NCBI GenBank assembly: GCA_963716175.1
Contig: OY970296.1
Coordinates: 192,001-256,000, forward strand
Direction of reading: 5' to 3'
DNA: 64,000 bases
From: an uncultured Armatimonadetes bacterium
Lineage (GTDB): Bacteria > Armatimonadota > Hebobacteria > Hebobacterales > Hebobacteraceae
Below the pieces are notes generated by a model. The model was not told the origin of the DNA. It searched no databases and was given only the letters and a program-made list of their open reading frames with translations. Made by a program: the position numbers and the translations under genes. Below, piece by piece: positions 53,781 through 64,000 of the stretch (position 1 is the stretch's first letter; every line of letters starts with the position of its first letter).

Positions 53781-56700
53781 ATGAGGCGATCACAGCAGTG
53801 GCTCTTGGCGCTGGCCCTTGCCGCGGCCATCGTGGCCTCAGGGGCAATCGCGCTGGGAGCATCACTGAAGGACGAGGTGCGGAACCCATGGACGAGAACA
53901 ACCAGCTACGTTCGCACATGGCTGGTCTGTGGTGAGTTCCCCAACACCTCCCCAAAGGGAGCGGCGCCTGGCTCCAGTCCACCGCGGGCCGCCCTGGCGA
54001 CTGACTACCTAACTGAGCACGGTGGCGAGGCCGGCATTCGGCCGGCCCCAGGGATGACTCATCGTCGTCCTGATGGCACTGCCGCCACCTGGACGCGCTA
54101 CACGTCACCACAGGATACCCTCAACTTCCTGAAGGCCTTCGCCGACCGTCCCACCACTGATGTGGTCGCCTACGCCTACACCACCATCAGTCGGGATCAG
54201 GCCGGCCCGGCCCTGCTCGCGCTTGGCAGCGACGACGGGGTGCGAGTGTGGGTGAACGGGAAGCTGGCCCACGACCACGCGGTCCGCCGCGCGGTGCGGC
54301 CGGACGAAGACATCGTGGAAGCGCGGCTGGAGGCGGGCGAGAACGCTGTGCTGGTCAAGGTGGAACAGGGCATAGGCGATTGGGGCCTGTGCCTCCGGGT
54401 GATCGAGGAGGGGAAGCGCGGCTGTTGGCGCGCCGCAGCCTTTCCCCTGCCCTGGAGCAGTCCGGCAAGGGCAGGCTCACGGTGCGCACGGACGGCACGC
54501 TGGCGCGATTCGATGAGGACCACCCTCCGGTGCGCGTGGAGGTAGTGGCGCCAGGCGGCGCGGTCGTCGCCTCGCAGACCGCGCCGCGCGGCGAGACCGT
54601 CACGTTCGACGCGAATCTCTGGCGGGACAACCCGTACGAGGTGATCTGTCAGATGACGCCGGCGGGAGGGCAGCAGCTCATCAGCTACCTGCCGTGGTAC
54701 AAGGGGAACACCCTCGCCGCAGCCCGGAAGCTGGTGGCGAGCGCGAAGCAGACCGACCAGGCAACGCCGGTCGGAATGACTCATGCCATGCTAGCCGACA
54801 TGGTCCGGGATCGGCTTGGTCCGGGTCTGTCGAGGAAGACACCCCAAGACCTGGCGACCGTCCATGGCGCGCTGATGGAGTTCGCAGAGCTGATGCAGGG
54901 GGGCGCGGGGGGTGCGGCCGCACGGGATGGTGCGCCTCGCCTACCGCGATGGGGTTGACGGCTCTCCGCAGTTCTGCCGGGCCTATCTACCGGCAGGCTA
55001 TGACCCGACCCAGCCTTGGCCGATGATCGTGAGTCTGCATGGGTACAACGCCGAGAACCCTTCCTATGTGCGCTGGTGGAGCGTGGATCAGCGCCACGAC
55101 GAATGGGCCGACCGCTTCGAGGTGATCGCGATCTACCCGATGGGGCGCTACAACACGGGTTACCGCGGCATCGGCGACGCGGATGTGGTGCGGTGCATCG
55201 AGCTGGCCAAGCAGCAGTTCTCGGTGGACGAAGATCGGGTGTACCTGACTGGTTACTCCATGGGAGGCGGCGGCACCTGGCACGTCGGGACGCGCCATCC
55301 GGACCTGTTCGCCGCCCTCGGCCCGTACTACGGCGGTTGGGACTACCACACCGGGCTCGACGAGGCCGCCATCCAACGCCTGACCCCGAGAGAGCGATTC
55401 CAGCAAGAGCGCGACAGCTCGTTCGCTCAAGCCGAGCAACTCCTGAACCTCCCCATCTGGGTGCTGCATGGGGACGCCGACCCGCTGGTCAGCCCGGACG
55501 AGTCGCGCTATGCGGTCCGGATGCTCCAGCGCTGGGGCTACGAAATCCGCTACCGGGAAGTGCCCGGCGGCATCCACGGGCCAATCGGCGGTGAGGAGGA
55601 ACTGTACCGGTGGTTTCTCGGTCACAAGCGAGAGGCCCACCCCAAGCACGTGCGCGTCCGTGCGGCTGATCTGAAAGGCGCGTCGGCCTACTGGGTCACC
55701 GTCACCCAGCAGGAGAGGCCGTTCTCTTTCATCGAGGCCGATGCGGAACTGCTCTCGCCGAGCGCGATCCGCCTCGACACTGCCAACGTGCTGGAGGCGG
55801 AACTCTCCCCCGGCGCGCTGATCGCGTCCGGCCGGCCGGTGACCATCATCTGGAATGGACAGACACGGCGAGCACCGCCGGACGAGCGCGGGGTCATCGT
55901 GCTTCGGGCGGCCGGCTACGCGCCAGGAGCGCGCAGCAAGCGGCCCTCTCTGGCTGGCCCGATGGCCGACCTGACCACCACACCATTTGCGGTCGTGCAG
56001 GGCACGGCCTCTGCCGACCCGATGATGCGCCGTCTCTGCGAGCAGCAGGCGCAGACCGTGGTGCGGGACTGGGAGGCCTGGCAGCACTGGCGGCCTCGGT
56101 TCTTCAGGGATAGAGACGTCCGAGACGAGGATATCGCGAAGTACTCGCTTCTCCTCATCGGCGGCCCGGCCGACAATCTGGTGACGCGGCGGATCAGCGA
56201 CCAGATCCCGCTGAAGATCGCGCCCAACGAGATCACCATTGACGGCCGGGGTTTCCCTGTGACCGACGCCGCGGTCCGCATGCTCTACCCGCACCCTCTG
56301 AACCCGGACCGGTACGTGCTGGTGGTCGCGGCCACCTCGCCCGCCGGGATGACGCTACCGGGAGGACCGGATGATGTGGACTTCGCCATCATAGACGGCC
56401 GTGTGCCGAACGGAGACGAAGGTCGCCCACCGGAGAAGGTGTGGCCGGCGACCGGCACCTTCGATCATAACTGGCGGCTCAACCCCGAGTTCGTGACTCT
56501 CGGCGACCCGGAGGTCCGGGCGAAGAGCCCACTACGCAGGGCTCCTCGGCTGCTGTCCGCGAAGGTGGAGGGCAAAGCCCTGATGCTGACCGAACTGCTG
56601 CCCGCGCAGGCCCAGGGCACCTTCAGTGCCATGATGCGCGACTTGAACTGGATTGGCAAGCCGATCACACTCGGGGGCAAGACCTACCAGCACGGGATCG

Positions 56701-57029
56701 CGGTGAACACCTCGGACGGGCCAAACGGCGCGGAGTGGGACATCGCCCGTGCCGGCTGGAAGCGCCTGCGCGGGGTGATCGGTCTGGAGGTCTGGCCTGA
56801 GCCCAGGGCGACGCAGTTGAGCCGCGAGAACACCCGAACTATCTTTGTGGTGCGAGGCGATGGTAAGGAGTTGTACCGCTCAGAGCCGTTCACATACGGT
56901 TCGGGCCCGAAGGAGCTGCACGTGGAGGTGACGGGCGTGAAGAGGCTCCGCCTCGAGGTGCTGCTAGGCGCGGCCCCGTGGGACGCGGTCGCCTCCGCGG
57001 ACTGGGCCGACCTGCGGCTGGAGCGGTGA
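53781..57029 (+). CDS. large secreted multidomain serine esterase/peptidase (PA14-like + alpha/beta hydrolase + NPCBM/NEW2), two apparent frameshifts (~54420, ~54910)
   Basis: Signal peptide; LGSDDGVRVWVNG...GENAVLVKV; LHG, TGYSMGGGG, LHGDADPLV, GGIH; C-terminal ITLGGKTYQHGI...GDGKELYRS...ADWADLRL. Three ORFs join. Confidence 0.75.
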
Positions 57030-57338
57030 GGTTCTAGCGTCGTCGCCTCACCCTCTTGATGGCTTCGGAGCTTCGGGTTCAGCCCGAAGGCCGTCCGGCT
57101 TCCCGCTCGGCTGGGAGCCCCTGTCCGGGGTGCCCGCTGCCCCGCCTGCCCACCCACTCTGCCTCTGCAGATACAGATCAGGGATGTTGATGGTGCGCCA
57201 CTCCGAGCCGAAGCCGACGCAGGCTCCGAGGGTGGTTGCGATAGCAGGGAGTTCGGTGGCGAGAGGACCACAGGACCACGGGAGCGGGTCTTGCCTCCGT
57301 CTCGGTGACGTCCGTCTGCGAAGATAGGAGATCCGGGA

Positions 57339-58232
57339 ATGACGTTCCGAGGATTCAGGGGTAGGGGCGACTATGAGGCCATCTCCAGGTTCCTGATCGG
57401 GCTCTACGAGCCGGAAAACCGGGATGGTAACTGGCTGCAGCCGATATGGGAGTACGCGCATACTCACCCATCGTTCGATGAGGCGTCGGTGGGCAAGATC
57501 GGCCTATGGGAGGATCGGGGCCGAATCGTGGGTGTCGCCGCCTACGAGCTGCGTCTAGGCGAAGCCTTCCTCAATGCCCATCGAGATTACGCGCACCTCA
57601 AGCCCGAGATGCTGACCTATGCCGAAGCGCACCTGTCGGCCCCTGGCGATGACGGCAGGCCGCGCCTGAAGGTCTACGTGAACGATTTCGACGCCGCCTT
57701 TGAGGAGACGGTGGGCGCGCGCGGCTACACTCTGGATTCCGGTTCGCACCGGCCTATGTCTCAGTTCGTCATCCCTTCACCGTTCGCGCTGGCCGCGGTG
57801 CCCTCAGGATTCCGCCTCAAGAGCCTGGCCGACGACAACGACCTGCGGAAGATGAACCGTGTCCTGCACCGAGGGTTCGACCATCCTGGCGAACCCCCCG
57901 AAGAAGGGATCGAGGGCCGCAGGAAGATGCAGTCGGGCCCGAACTACCGGAAAGACCTGGCTGTGATCGTGGAGGCGCCGAACGGCGATTTCGTGTCGTT
58001 CTGCGGCATGTGGTTCGATCCGGTGAACCGGTTCGGCTACGTGGAGCCGGTGGCGACGGACCCGGATTACCGCCGGCGCGGCCTGGGCCGGGCCGCTGTA
58101 CTCGATGGCATCCGCCGATGCGGCGAACTCGGCGCGACAGTGGCCTACGTAGGGACGGACAAGCCCTTCTACCTGTCATTCGGGTTCAGGAAGCTGTTCA
58201 CGGCCAACTGCTGGCAGAAGAAGCTTGGATGA
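57339..58232 (+). CDS. GNAT-family N-acetyltransferase
   Basis: YVEPVATDPDYRRRGLGRA, PFYLSFGF; AGGAG RBS. Confidence 0.9.
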   Translation: MTFRGFRGRGDYEAISRFLIGLYEPENRDGNWLQPIWEYAHTHPSFDEASVGKIGLWEDRGRIVGVAAYELRLGEAFLNAHRDYAHLKPEMLTYAEAHLSAPGDDGRPRLKVYVNDFDAAFEETVGARGYTLDSGSHRPMSQFVIPSPFALAAVPSGFRLKSLADDNDLRKMNRVLHRGFDHPGEPPEEGIEGRRKMQSGPNYRKDLAVIVEAPNGDFVSFCGMWFDPVNRFGYVEPVATDPDYRRRGLGRAAVLDGIRRCGELGATVAYVGTDKPFYLSFGFRKLFTANCWQKKLG

Positions 58233-58620
58233 GCCCCGTTCCCACCGATGGTAGTTGAAGGTGTGGCGCGCACGACAGGGTGGGTTCCAAGGCAGGTGAG
58301 CTTTCGATCGCATCATCCTGCCATCGGACTCCGCGCCTCATCCGCACCCCGCGGTTCCGACGCGGGGCCATCTTCCTCCCGCAATCGGGAATCGGAACCC
58401 GGTCTGAGGCCAGAGAGTGTTCGGTCCTGGCTAGGGTTTCATCCAGGAAGAGCAACACAGTGCTCACTGGTCGTTCCCATGAACGCGCATGGATGTCCTG
58501 TCGCTCGCTGGCACTCGGATCGCGCGCTGCGGTGAGGCAGCTCGTCAGACTGCAGGACTGCCTCAGTCGTGTGTCCAAGACGGACCCAATACCGCTTGCT
58601 ATGCCGCCGAGGTGCCTGAC

Positions 58621-60006
58621 ATGAACTGCGTGCTCATCATCGTGGACAGCTGGCGCAAGGACCACTGTGGCTGCTATGGCAACGAATGGATTCGAACACC
58701 GAATCTCGACGCGCTTGCCTCCCAGTCGGTGCTCTTCACCCGCGCCTATCCGGAGTCCCTGCCGACGCTGCCCGTCCGTCGAGCCCTGCACACCGGAAGG
58801 CGCACGTATCCGTTCTGGAACCATCGGTTTCAGAAAGGCGACTTCGTGGGTGCGCCGGGATGGGGCCCGATCGAAGAGGAGTTGGACACCGCTGCCGAGC
58901 TGCTTCAGGCTCAGGGCTATCGAACCGCCTTCATCACAGACACCTACCATCAGTTCAAGCCCTCGAAGAACTTCCATAGGGGATTCGACGAGTGGCGCTG
59001 GATTCGCGGGCAGGAGGACGACTGCTACCGCTCTGGCCCTCCGGTTGGTGACCAGACGGTCGCGAGACACGTACCCCCGGAGCAGCGGCACAGCGACCGC
59101 TGGGAGGAGCACCGACAGTATCTGACCAACGTAGCCGGCCGCAGTAGCGAAGAGGACTACTTCCCGGCGCAGGTCTTCCGAGCCGGGGCGGACTGGCTCG
59201 GTCGCAACACAGACGCGGAGACATTCTTCCTTGTTCTGGACTCATTCGACCCGCATGAGCCGTGGGATCCCCCGGCCGCGTACCGGAGGCTGTATGACCC
59301 GGACGACGATGTGCTGGATGTGATCTGGAGCACGTACGGGAGCGCGGACGAGTTCACGCCAAGAGAGCTCAAGCGAATGCGGGCGAACTACGCGGGGGAG
59401 TGCACGCTGGTGGACCGGTGGCTTGGGCACTTCATGGAGGTCTTGCGGTCTTCAGGACGCATCAATGACACAGTAGTCGCCCTCATCTCCGATCACGGAC
59501 ACAACCTGGGGGAGGCAAACTTGACCGGGAAGCAGGGCTACCCGCTGACGCGAGCGGTGGCCGACCTGATCATGATGATCCGACACCCAAGCGGAGAGGC
59601 AGCCGGGGCCAGGTGCGGGGCACTGTGCTATAACATCGACCTCACTGTAACCCTGTTGAATCTGCTCGCCGTGGATGTCCCCGCGCAGATGCATGGCAGT
59701 GACCTGTGGCCGAGTGTGCGTGGCGGACAGAAAGGCAGAGAGCATGTCACCGTGGCCTGGGGACCAGAGGTCACCTTCATCGATGACTGCTGGTGGTGCA
59801 ACGCCACATTCTGGGGGGCCGACCCACTGCTCTATGACCTCCGGGACGATGCGGAGCTGACGCGGAACGTCGCCGCCGACCATCCTGCGGTGGTCAAGAC
59901 CGCCATTGAGGCGTTCCGGGCAGATGCGGGCGGAGCCTTTCCTGACTGGCTCCGGGACTGGCGGCGATCACCGGGGTGTACGCCTATCATCCGACCCGCG
60001 GACTGA
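58621..60006 (+). CDS. sulfatase-like hydrolase (alkaline phosphatase superfamily), TxPxR variant
   Basis: LIIVDSWRKD, RTPNLDALA, PTLPVRRALHTGR, FDPHEPWDPP, YAGECTLVDRWLG, SDHG. Confidence 0.85.
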   Translation: MNCVLIIVDSWRKDHCGCYGNEWIRTPNLDALASQSVLFTRAYPESLPTLPVRRALHTGRRTYPFWNHRFQKGDFVGAPGWGPIEEELDTAAELLQAQGYRTAFITDTYHQFKPSKNFHRGFDEWRWIRGQEDDCYRSGPPVGDQTVARHVPPEQRHSDRWEEHRQYLTNVAGRSSEEDYFPAQVFRAGADWLGRNTDAETFFLVLDSFDPHEPWDPPAAYRRLYDPDDDVLDVIWSTYGSADEFTPRELKRMRANYAGECTLVDRWLGHFMEVLRSSGRINDTVVALISDHGHNLGEANLTGKQGYPLTRAVADLIMMIRHPSGEAAGARCGALCYNIDLTVTLLNLLAVDVPAQMHGSDLWPSVRGGQKGREHVTVAWGPEVTFIDDCWWCNATFWGADPLLYDLRDDAELTRNVAADHPAVVKTAIEAFRADAGGAFPDWLRDWRRSPGCTPIIRPAD

Positions 60007-60318
60007 GCGCGTGGTGCGGCCGCCTGCGCTTGACAGGCACAACCGGGAGGGCGACGGCTACTGCTTCCGCGATGTCAGCTGGGTCCAGCGCCGGCCGCGT
60101 GTCTATGGGGCGTTCGTGGACGAGAGCAGTTGGGGGAACATGCCGCTGCTGTAGACGACGGGCGAGTGACGGGGGGCGATGGCGCTTCTCCGATGCCGAC
60201 ACGAGATGGCGGGGCGGGCCTGCCACGCCGCCGTGCGCCACGGGAGGCCGCGCTGTCGGGCCCAAGCTTCGCCAGGTTCACGATTGGGCGGGAACGCAGA
60301 CGCCAAGCGGAGGAGACG

Positions 60319-61107
60319 ATGAAGGCGGTTGCTATTCACGAGTTCTTCCGTGGAGTAGGCACGTGGATGGACTGGTCGCAGACGGTGGACGGTTTCCGCT
60401 TCGGGGACCCCGAGACCGAAGTGACCGGGATCGCCGTCGCGTGGAAGCCGTACTGGTCAGATCTGAAGCGCGCCAGGGAGCTGGGCTGCGACCTCTTTGT
60501 GGGGCACGAATCCATCTTTCGGGAAGGCCCCATGCGGCCCGGCGATGAGTCCGGCTTCGCCCAGGAGTTGGAGCAGCCCAAGCTTGCCTGGCTGCGGGAG
60601 AGCGGCCTGGTGGTCTACCGTTGTCACGACCTGTGGGACATGATGCCTGGAATCGGGGTCAGGGACAGCTGGGCTCGCGGGCTGGGGTTCGAGGGTGAGC
60701 CGTTGGCGGCAAGCGGCTTCTGTCGGATCGAGGACGTCTCGGGACATACCTTCGGGTCGCTCTCTGCGCAGATAGCCGAACGAGTCAAACCCCTGGGCCA
60801 GCACGCAGTGCTCGCGGTCGGCGACGAGCACAAACCAGTCACACGCCTTGCTCTGGGAAGCGGGGCATCCGCTCTGGCGGAGATGATCGGGCTAGGAGCT
60901 GATGTCTGGCTCGGATACAATGACTACTTCCGCCAGGTGCGGGACGGGGCTCTGCTGAGGGACATCGGTGTGCCGTACCTCATCGTGAACCACGGCGCCC
61001 TGGAGGAGTGGGGAGTCAGGAATCTGGGCGACTACCTCAGGGCTCGCTTCCCCTCCGTCCCGGTCCACTTCCTGGCGCAGGGGTGCATCTACCGCATAGT
61101 CGGCTAG
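60319..61107 (+). CDS. Nif3-like dinuclear metal-centre protein
   Basis: TVDGFRFGDPETEVTGIAVAW, GHESIF, YRCHD, NHGALEEWG. Confidence 0.85.
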   Translation: MKAVAIHEFFRGVGTWMDWSQTVDGFRFGDPETEVTGIAVAWKPYWSDLKRARELGCDLFVGHESIFREGPMRPGDESGFAQELEQPKLAWLRESGLVVYRCHDLWDMMPGIGVRDSWARGLGFEGEPLAASGFCRIEDVSGHTFGSLSAQIAERVKPLGQHAVLAVGDEHKPVTRLALGSGASALAEMIGLGADVWLGYNDYFRQVRDGALLRDIGVPYLIVNHGALEEWGVRNLGDYLRARFPSVPVHFLAQGCIYRIVG

Positions 61108-61272
61108 GGACCGAAGCCGGAGAGCGGCGCCTCAGGGACAGGTTCGAAGTCAGTCGCTCACGCGTCCAGCGTTGGCTGAAGGCACTCGCCTAGGGCGAGC
61201 TGAACTGACGGAATGAGCCAAGGAGGCCGCTCAGCAAGACGTCCCGAGAGACCGCGGAACCTGTCCGGGGGA

Positions 61273-62130
61273 TCAAGGCAACCTGGCCATGTCCAATCCA
61301 GTCCCCAGAATCCAATTCACGACATCACAATGCCGCTCAACGTGGCCTTCCACGGTGCAGTCGCCTGTCCGCTTCACGCCAGGCTTCCTCGCGGCCTCTT
61401 CCGCCTTCTCGGCCGTGGTCATCCTGATCGTCACCGTCATGGGCAGTGCGGGCTGGAACGCCCGGCACTGGCCAGCGCGCAACCTGTGAACGGCCTGGAT
61501 CACCTTCTCAGCCGTGAGCCGCCGGGCCGACATCGGGTCGGGGCCTTCGCAGGTTTCCGAGCTCACGGCGTGCTTGACGCAGGCCGTCACGATTCCCGGG
61601 AACATGCCCTCGGCCTCCCGGCAGGCGGCCTCGTCGCCCTGTGCGAGGATCACGGGGACACCCCAGTGCCCTGCAAAGCAGGCCTCGATCCCCATCTCGC
61701 CCACGCTCTGGCCATTGATGCTGAAGTCGGCCCACTCCAGCGTCCAGGTGTGAGGCAGGAAAGCTCCTGCTGTGCCCGCCATCGCGTGGTGCCCGGGCAC
61801 CAGGAAGCCATCCACTGTCCCGTCAAGTCCGGGCATCCAGCGGAGCTTCCCGTCCTGGTACCCCCGGGACCTCTGGAGGTAAGTGACCCGGGGATCCACG
61901 AGCATCTGGTCCAGGATGATGTTGCCGCCGCCATGGTGGGTGTCGCACACGATCAGCTCGTCCACTCCGGCACCAAGGGCGGCCTCAACGGCAGAGTTGA
62001 TGTCGGCAATCAGCAGACCGCGCCCTCTGTCGGCCACCTCCTTGCGCACCCCATCCTCCCAGAACCAGACCTGCTCCCGGGTGAAGATCCCGCTCACACC
62101 TTCCATATCCCAGTGCATGAACAGCTTCAT
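61273..62130 (-). CDS. M55-family metallopeptidase (DppA-like), second paralog
   Basis: WDMEGVSG, CDTHHGG, GHHA, LPHT, VGEMG, QGD. Confidence 0.9.
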   Translation of the reverse strand: MKLFMHWDMEGVSGIFTREQVWFWEDGVRKEVADRGRGLLIADINSAVEAALGAGVDELIVCDTHHGGGNIILDQMLVDPRVTYLQRSRGYQDGKLRWMPGLDGTVDGFLVPGHHAMAGTAGAFLPHTWTLEWADFSINGQSVGEMGIEACFAGHWGVPVILAQGDEAACREAEGMFPGIVTACVKHAVSSETCEGPDPMSARRLTAEKVIQAVHRLRAGQCRAFQPALPMTVTIRMTTAEKAEEAARKPGVKRTGDCTVEGHVERHCDVVNWILGTGLDMARLP

Positions 62131-62350
62131 CAGCGAGGGCTCCTCTCAGGAGGCGGATCAGACGGGGCCACTTCCCTGCTACCTGCACGACCCCTGCTTA
62201 CCTGTGGGGGATTACGGGTGCTACCGCAGTGCAGGACCCCCGCCAGCCGCACTCGAAGTCTGGTGTCGATCCCCGGATGGCCGGGAGGCAGCCCGGTGCG
62301 TCTGAGGACGGCACAGCCCATATCCGGTGTTCTTCTCGGGGGGCTCAGAA

Positions 62351-63332
62351 ATGATGAGGGTGCGCAAGGACGGACCGCGCCCAGCGGTGATCGGAACCTG
62401 CTCGTTCCGGCAGGAAGCAGCCAACCCGGACGAGCTTCTCTCCAGGAGTCTATCGCTGATAGACGAGATGGCGCGCCGCCGCGCAGGAGCTAGGCTGGGG
62501 GCTTGACCTGGCGATCCTGCCCGAGTGCTCGTTTCAGTTCGCCAACGGGGACGTGAACCACGTGGCCGAAGCCACAGACGGCAAGACCGTCCGCGCGATA
62601 GCCGAGAAGGCAAGACAATACCGGAGCTATGCCACGGCCCCCGTGCAATCGAGAAGGGACGGCAAGGTCTACAACTCAGTAGTGATCCTCGACCGTCGGG
62701 GCGAGGCCGCAGGGGTCTACGATAAAGTCTTTCCGGTGATGATGACAGACCTTTCCCTGGAGTACGGCATCACGCCGGGCCGGGAGTTCCCGGTCTTCGA
62801 TCTGGACTTCGGCAACGTAGGCGTGCAGATCTGCTGGGACATCGCGTTCGACCAAGGCTGGCAGGCCCTCGGCGACCAGGAGGCGGAGCTTGTGATCTTC
62901 TGCACGAACCCGGCGGTGCCGTTGGCACTGAGAGGGAGGGCGTGGCGCCACAGCTACTACGTCGCCGCCTCCACCACCGATCCGCCCTCAATGGTTGTGG
63001 ACCCGATAGGGCGGGTCCTGGGCACGACCTCAGAGGATCGGGAGGTGCTGGTCGTGCAGGTTGACCTCGACTACCGGGTCCTGCACTCGAACTGCCTCTG
63101 GCAGTGGCCCGAGTCCAGGCGCGGCGACTACGCGGGACGCATCAGCGTGGAGTGGGACGGCGACGCGCACGAGTACCTGGTGACGTCAAACGATCCGAGC
63201 TTGCCGGTCAGACGCTTCCTGGAGACAGAAGGATTGCTGACCGGTCGCCAGCGGAACGGGCGCAACATCGAGCTGCAGATGAAGGCGCGGGGCGGAGCGC
63301 CAGTAATGCCGGAACCGCTTGTGCGAGAGTAG
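62351..63332 (+). CDS. carbon-nitrogen hydrolase (nitrilase superfamily), one apparent frameshift (~62480)
   Basis: LDLAILPE, YNSVVILDRRG...YDK, QICWD give the E-K-C triad; N-terminal 43 codons lie in another frame. Confidence 0.8.
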
Positions 63333-63398
63333 CTTACGCGCGGGCCTACCCGTAGTCCGTGCCCGCGTTGGTCGCGCCGGAGGGACCAGCGCGAAGCC

Positions 63399-63427
63399 TT
63401 GACAACTCCAGTGGTCGCTGGTAACCT
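63399..63427 (+). promoter_or_regulatory. sigma70-type promoter of pilin-like gene 3
   Basis: TTGACA-17 nt-TAACCT, followed by ACTGCC as in the paralog-2 promoter. Confidence 0.7.
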
Positions 63428-63556
63428 ACTGCCCGGATCTCGAAGGTGCTGCTGGCGGGTGGGAGATGAACGGTGCCCCCGGTTAGCATGGCTGCCCTCG
63501 GTGATAGAGTGCGTGCTGTGAGGCGCGTCTTAGACGCGCCTCTTCCCTTTGGCCGG

Positions 63557-63567
63557 AAGGAGGTGAT
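63557..63567 (+). promoter_or_regulatory. Shine-Dalgarno motif without properly spaced start codon in 5' UTR of pilin-like gene 3
   Basis: AAGGAGGTGAT; the AGGAGGTGA core lies 73 nt upstream of ATG 63640. Confidence 0.55.
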
Positions 63568-63639
63568 GCCCACGCACAGGCGGCGTAGCCGTCCGTCTCG
63601 AGCTGACGTGCCCACTCTTTGGTCAGGAGGCAGGACATC

Positions 63640-64000
63640 ATGGTACTGCAGAGGCGAAGGGGCTTCACGCTGATCGAGCTGCTGGTAGTGATCGCGATCA
63701 TTGCGATCCTGGCTGCGATGCTGTTCCCGGTGTTCGCGCGGGCGCGTGAGTCGGCCCGCAAGATTCAATGCCTGTCGAACGTGAAGAACATTGCCACCGC
63801 CATTCAGATGTACCTCACGGACTACGATAAGCTGCCGCCAAGAGAGCACCGGCAAGAGGTTCTGGAGTGGTTCCCTTGCGACAGTTCCGCGACGGCGGCC
63901 AACCCGTACCTGCGGTGGCCGTTGATCTTCGACGAGTATGTCAAGAACCGGGACGTCTGGCGCTGCCCGAGCGCGAAGCTGCTGGCTGGCGCCTACTGGA
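63640..64000 (+). CDS. prepilin-type N-terminal domain protein (DUF1559-like); paralog 3, 3' truncated by window edge
   Basis: Absent from the ORF track (no stop). MVLQRRRG|[39 protein letters not shown]...[25 protein letters not shown]. Confidence 0.9.
   Translation, partial: MVLQRRRGFTLIELLVVIAIIAILAAMLFPVFARARESARKIQCLSNVKNIATAIQMYLTDYDKLPPREHRQEVLEWFPCDSSATAANPYLRWPLIFDEYVKNRDVWRCPSAKLLAGAYW

Overview
GC-rich bacterial window, probably Armatimonadota (inferred from the gene families, not proven). It holds about 40 protein-coding loci dominated by catabolic enzymes (GH2, GH3, heparinase II/III-like, two M55 peptidases, M14 peptidase, amidohydrolases, nitrilase-family, sulfatase-like). It also has a MacAB-type ABC exporter, a very large tandem-repeat DUF2339-like membrane protein, an AraC regulator and an orphan histidine kinase. 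No rRNA, tRNA, CRISPR array, transposase or phage gene was seen. Main findings: (1) three Cys-rich pilin-like (prepilin N-terminus + H-X9-DG) paralogs and three DUF6785/DUF6784-like multi-TM proteins embedded among catabolic genes, a candidate SusC/SusD-analogue uptake module; (2) all three pilin-like genes have a start-codon-less Shine-Dalgarno motif 68-73 nt upstream of the ATG, and the two complete genes have a similar downstream GC hairpin; (3) a complete leader-peptide attenuator architecture precedes a CBM9/DUF5916-like gene; (4) two families of double-hairpin miniature inverted-repeat elements, one inside an unannotated AraC pseudogene; (5) a TolC C-terminal stub inside the MacAB cluster and a TxPxR sulfatase variant. 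At least 8 small frameshifts fall in G/C-rich runs and are probably long-read errors. All family names come from motif recognition, not database searches.
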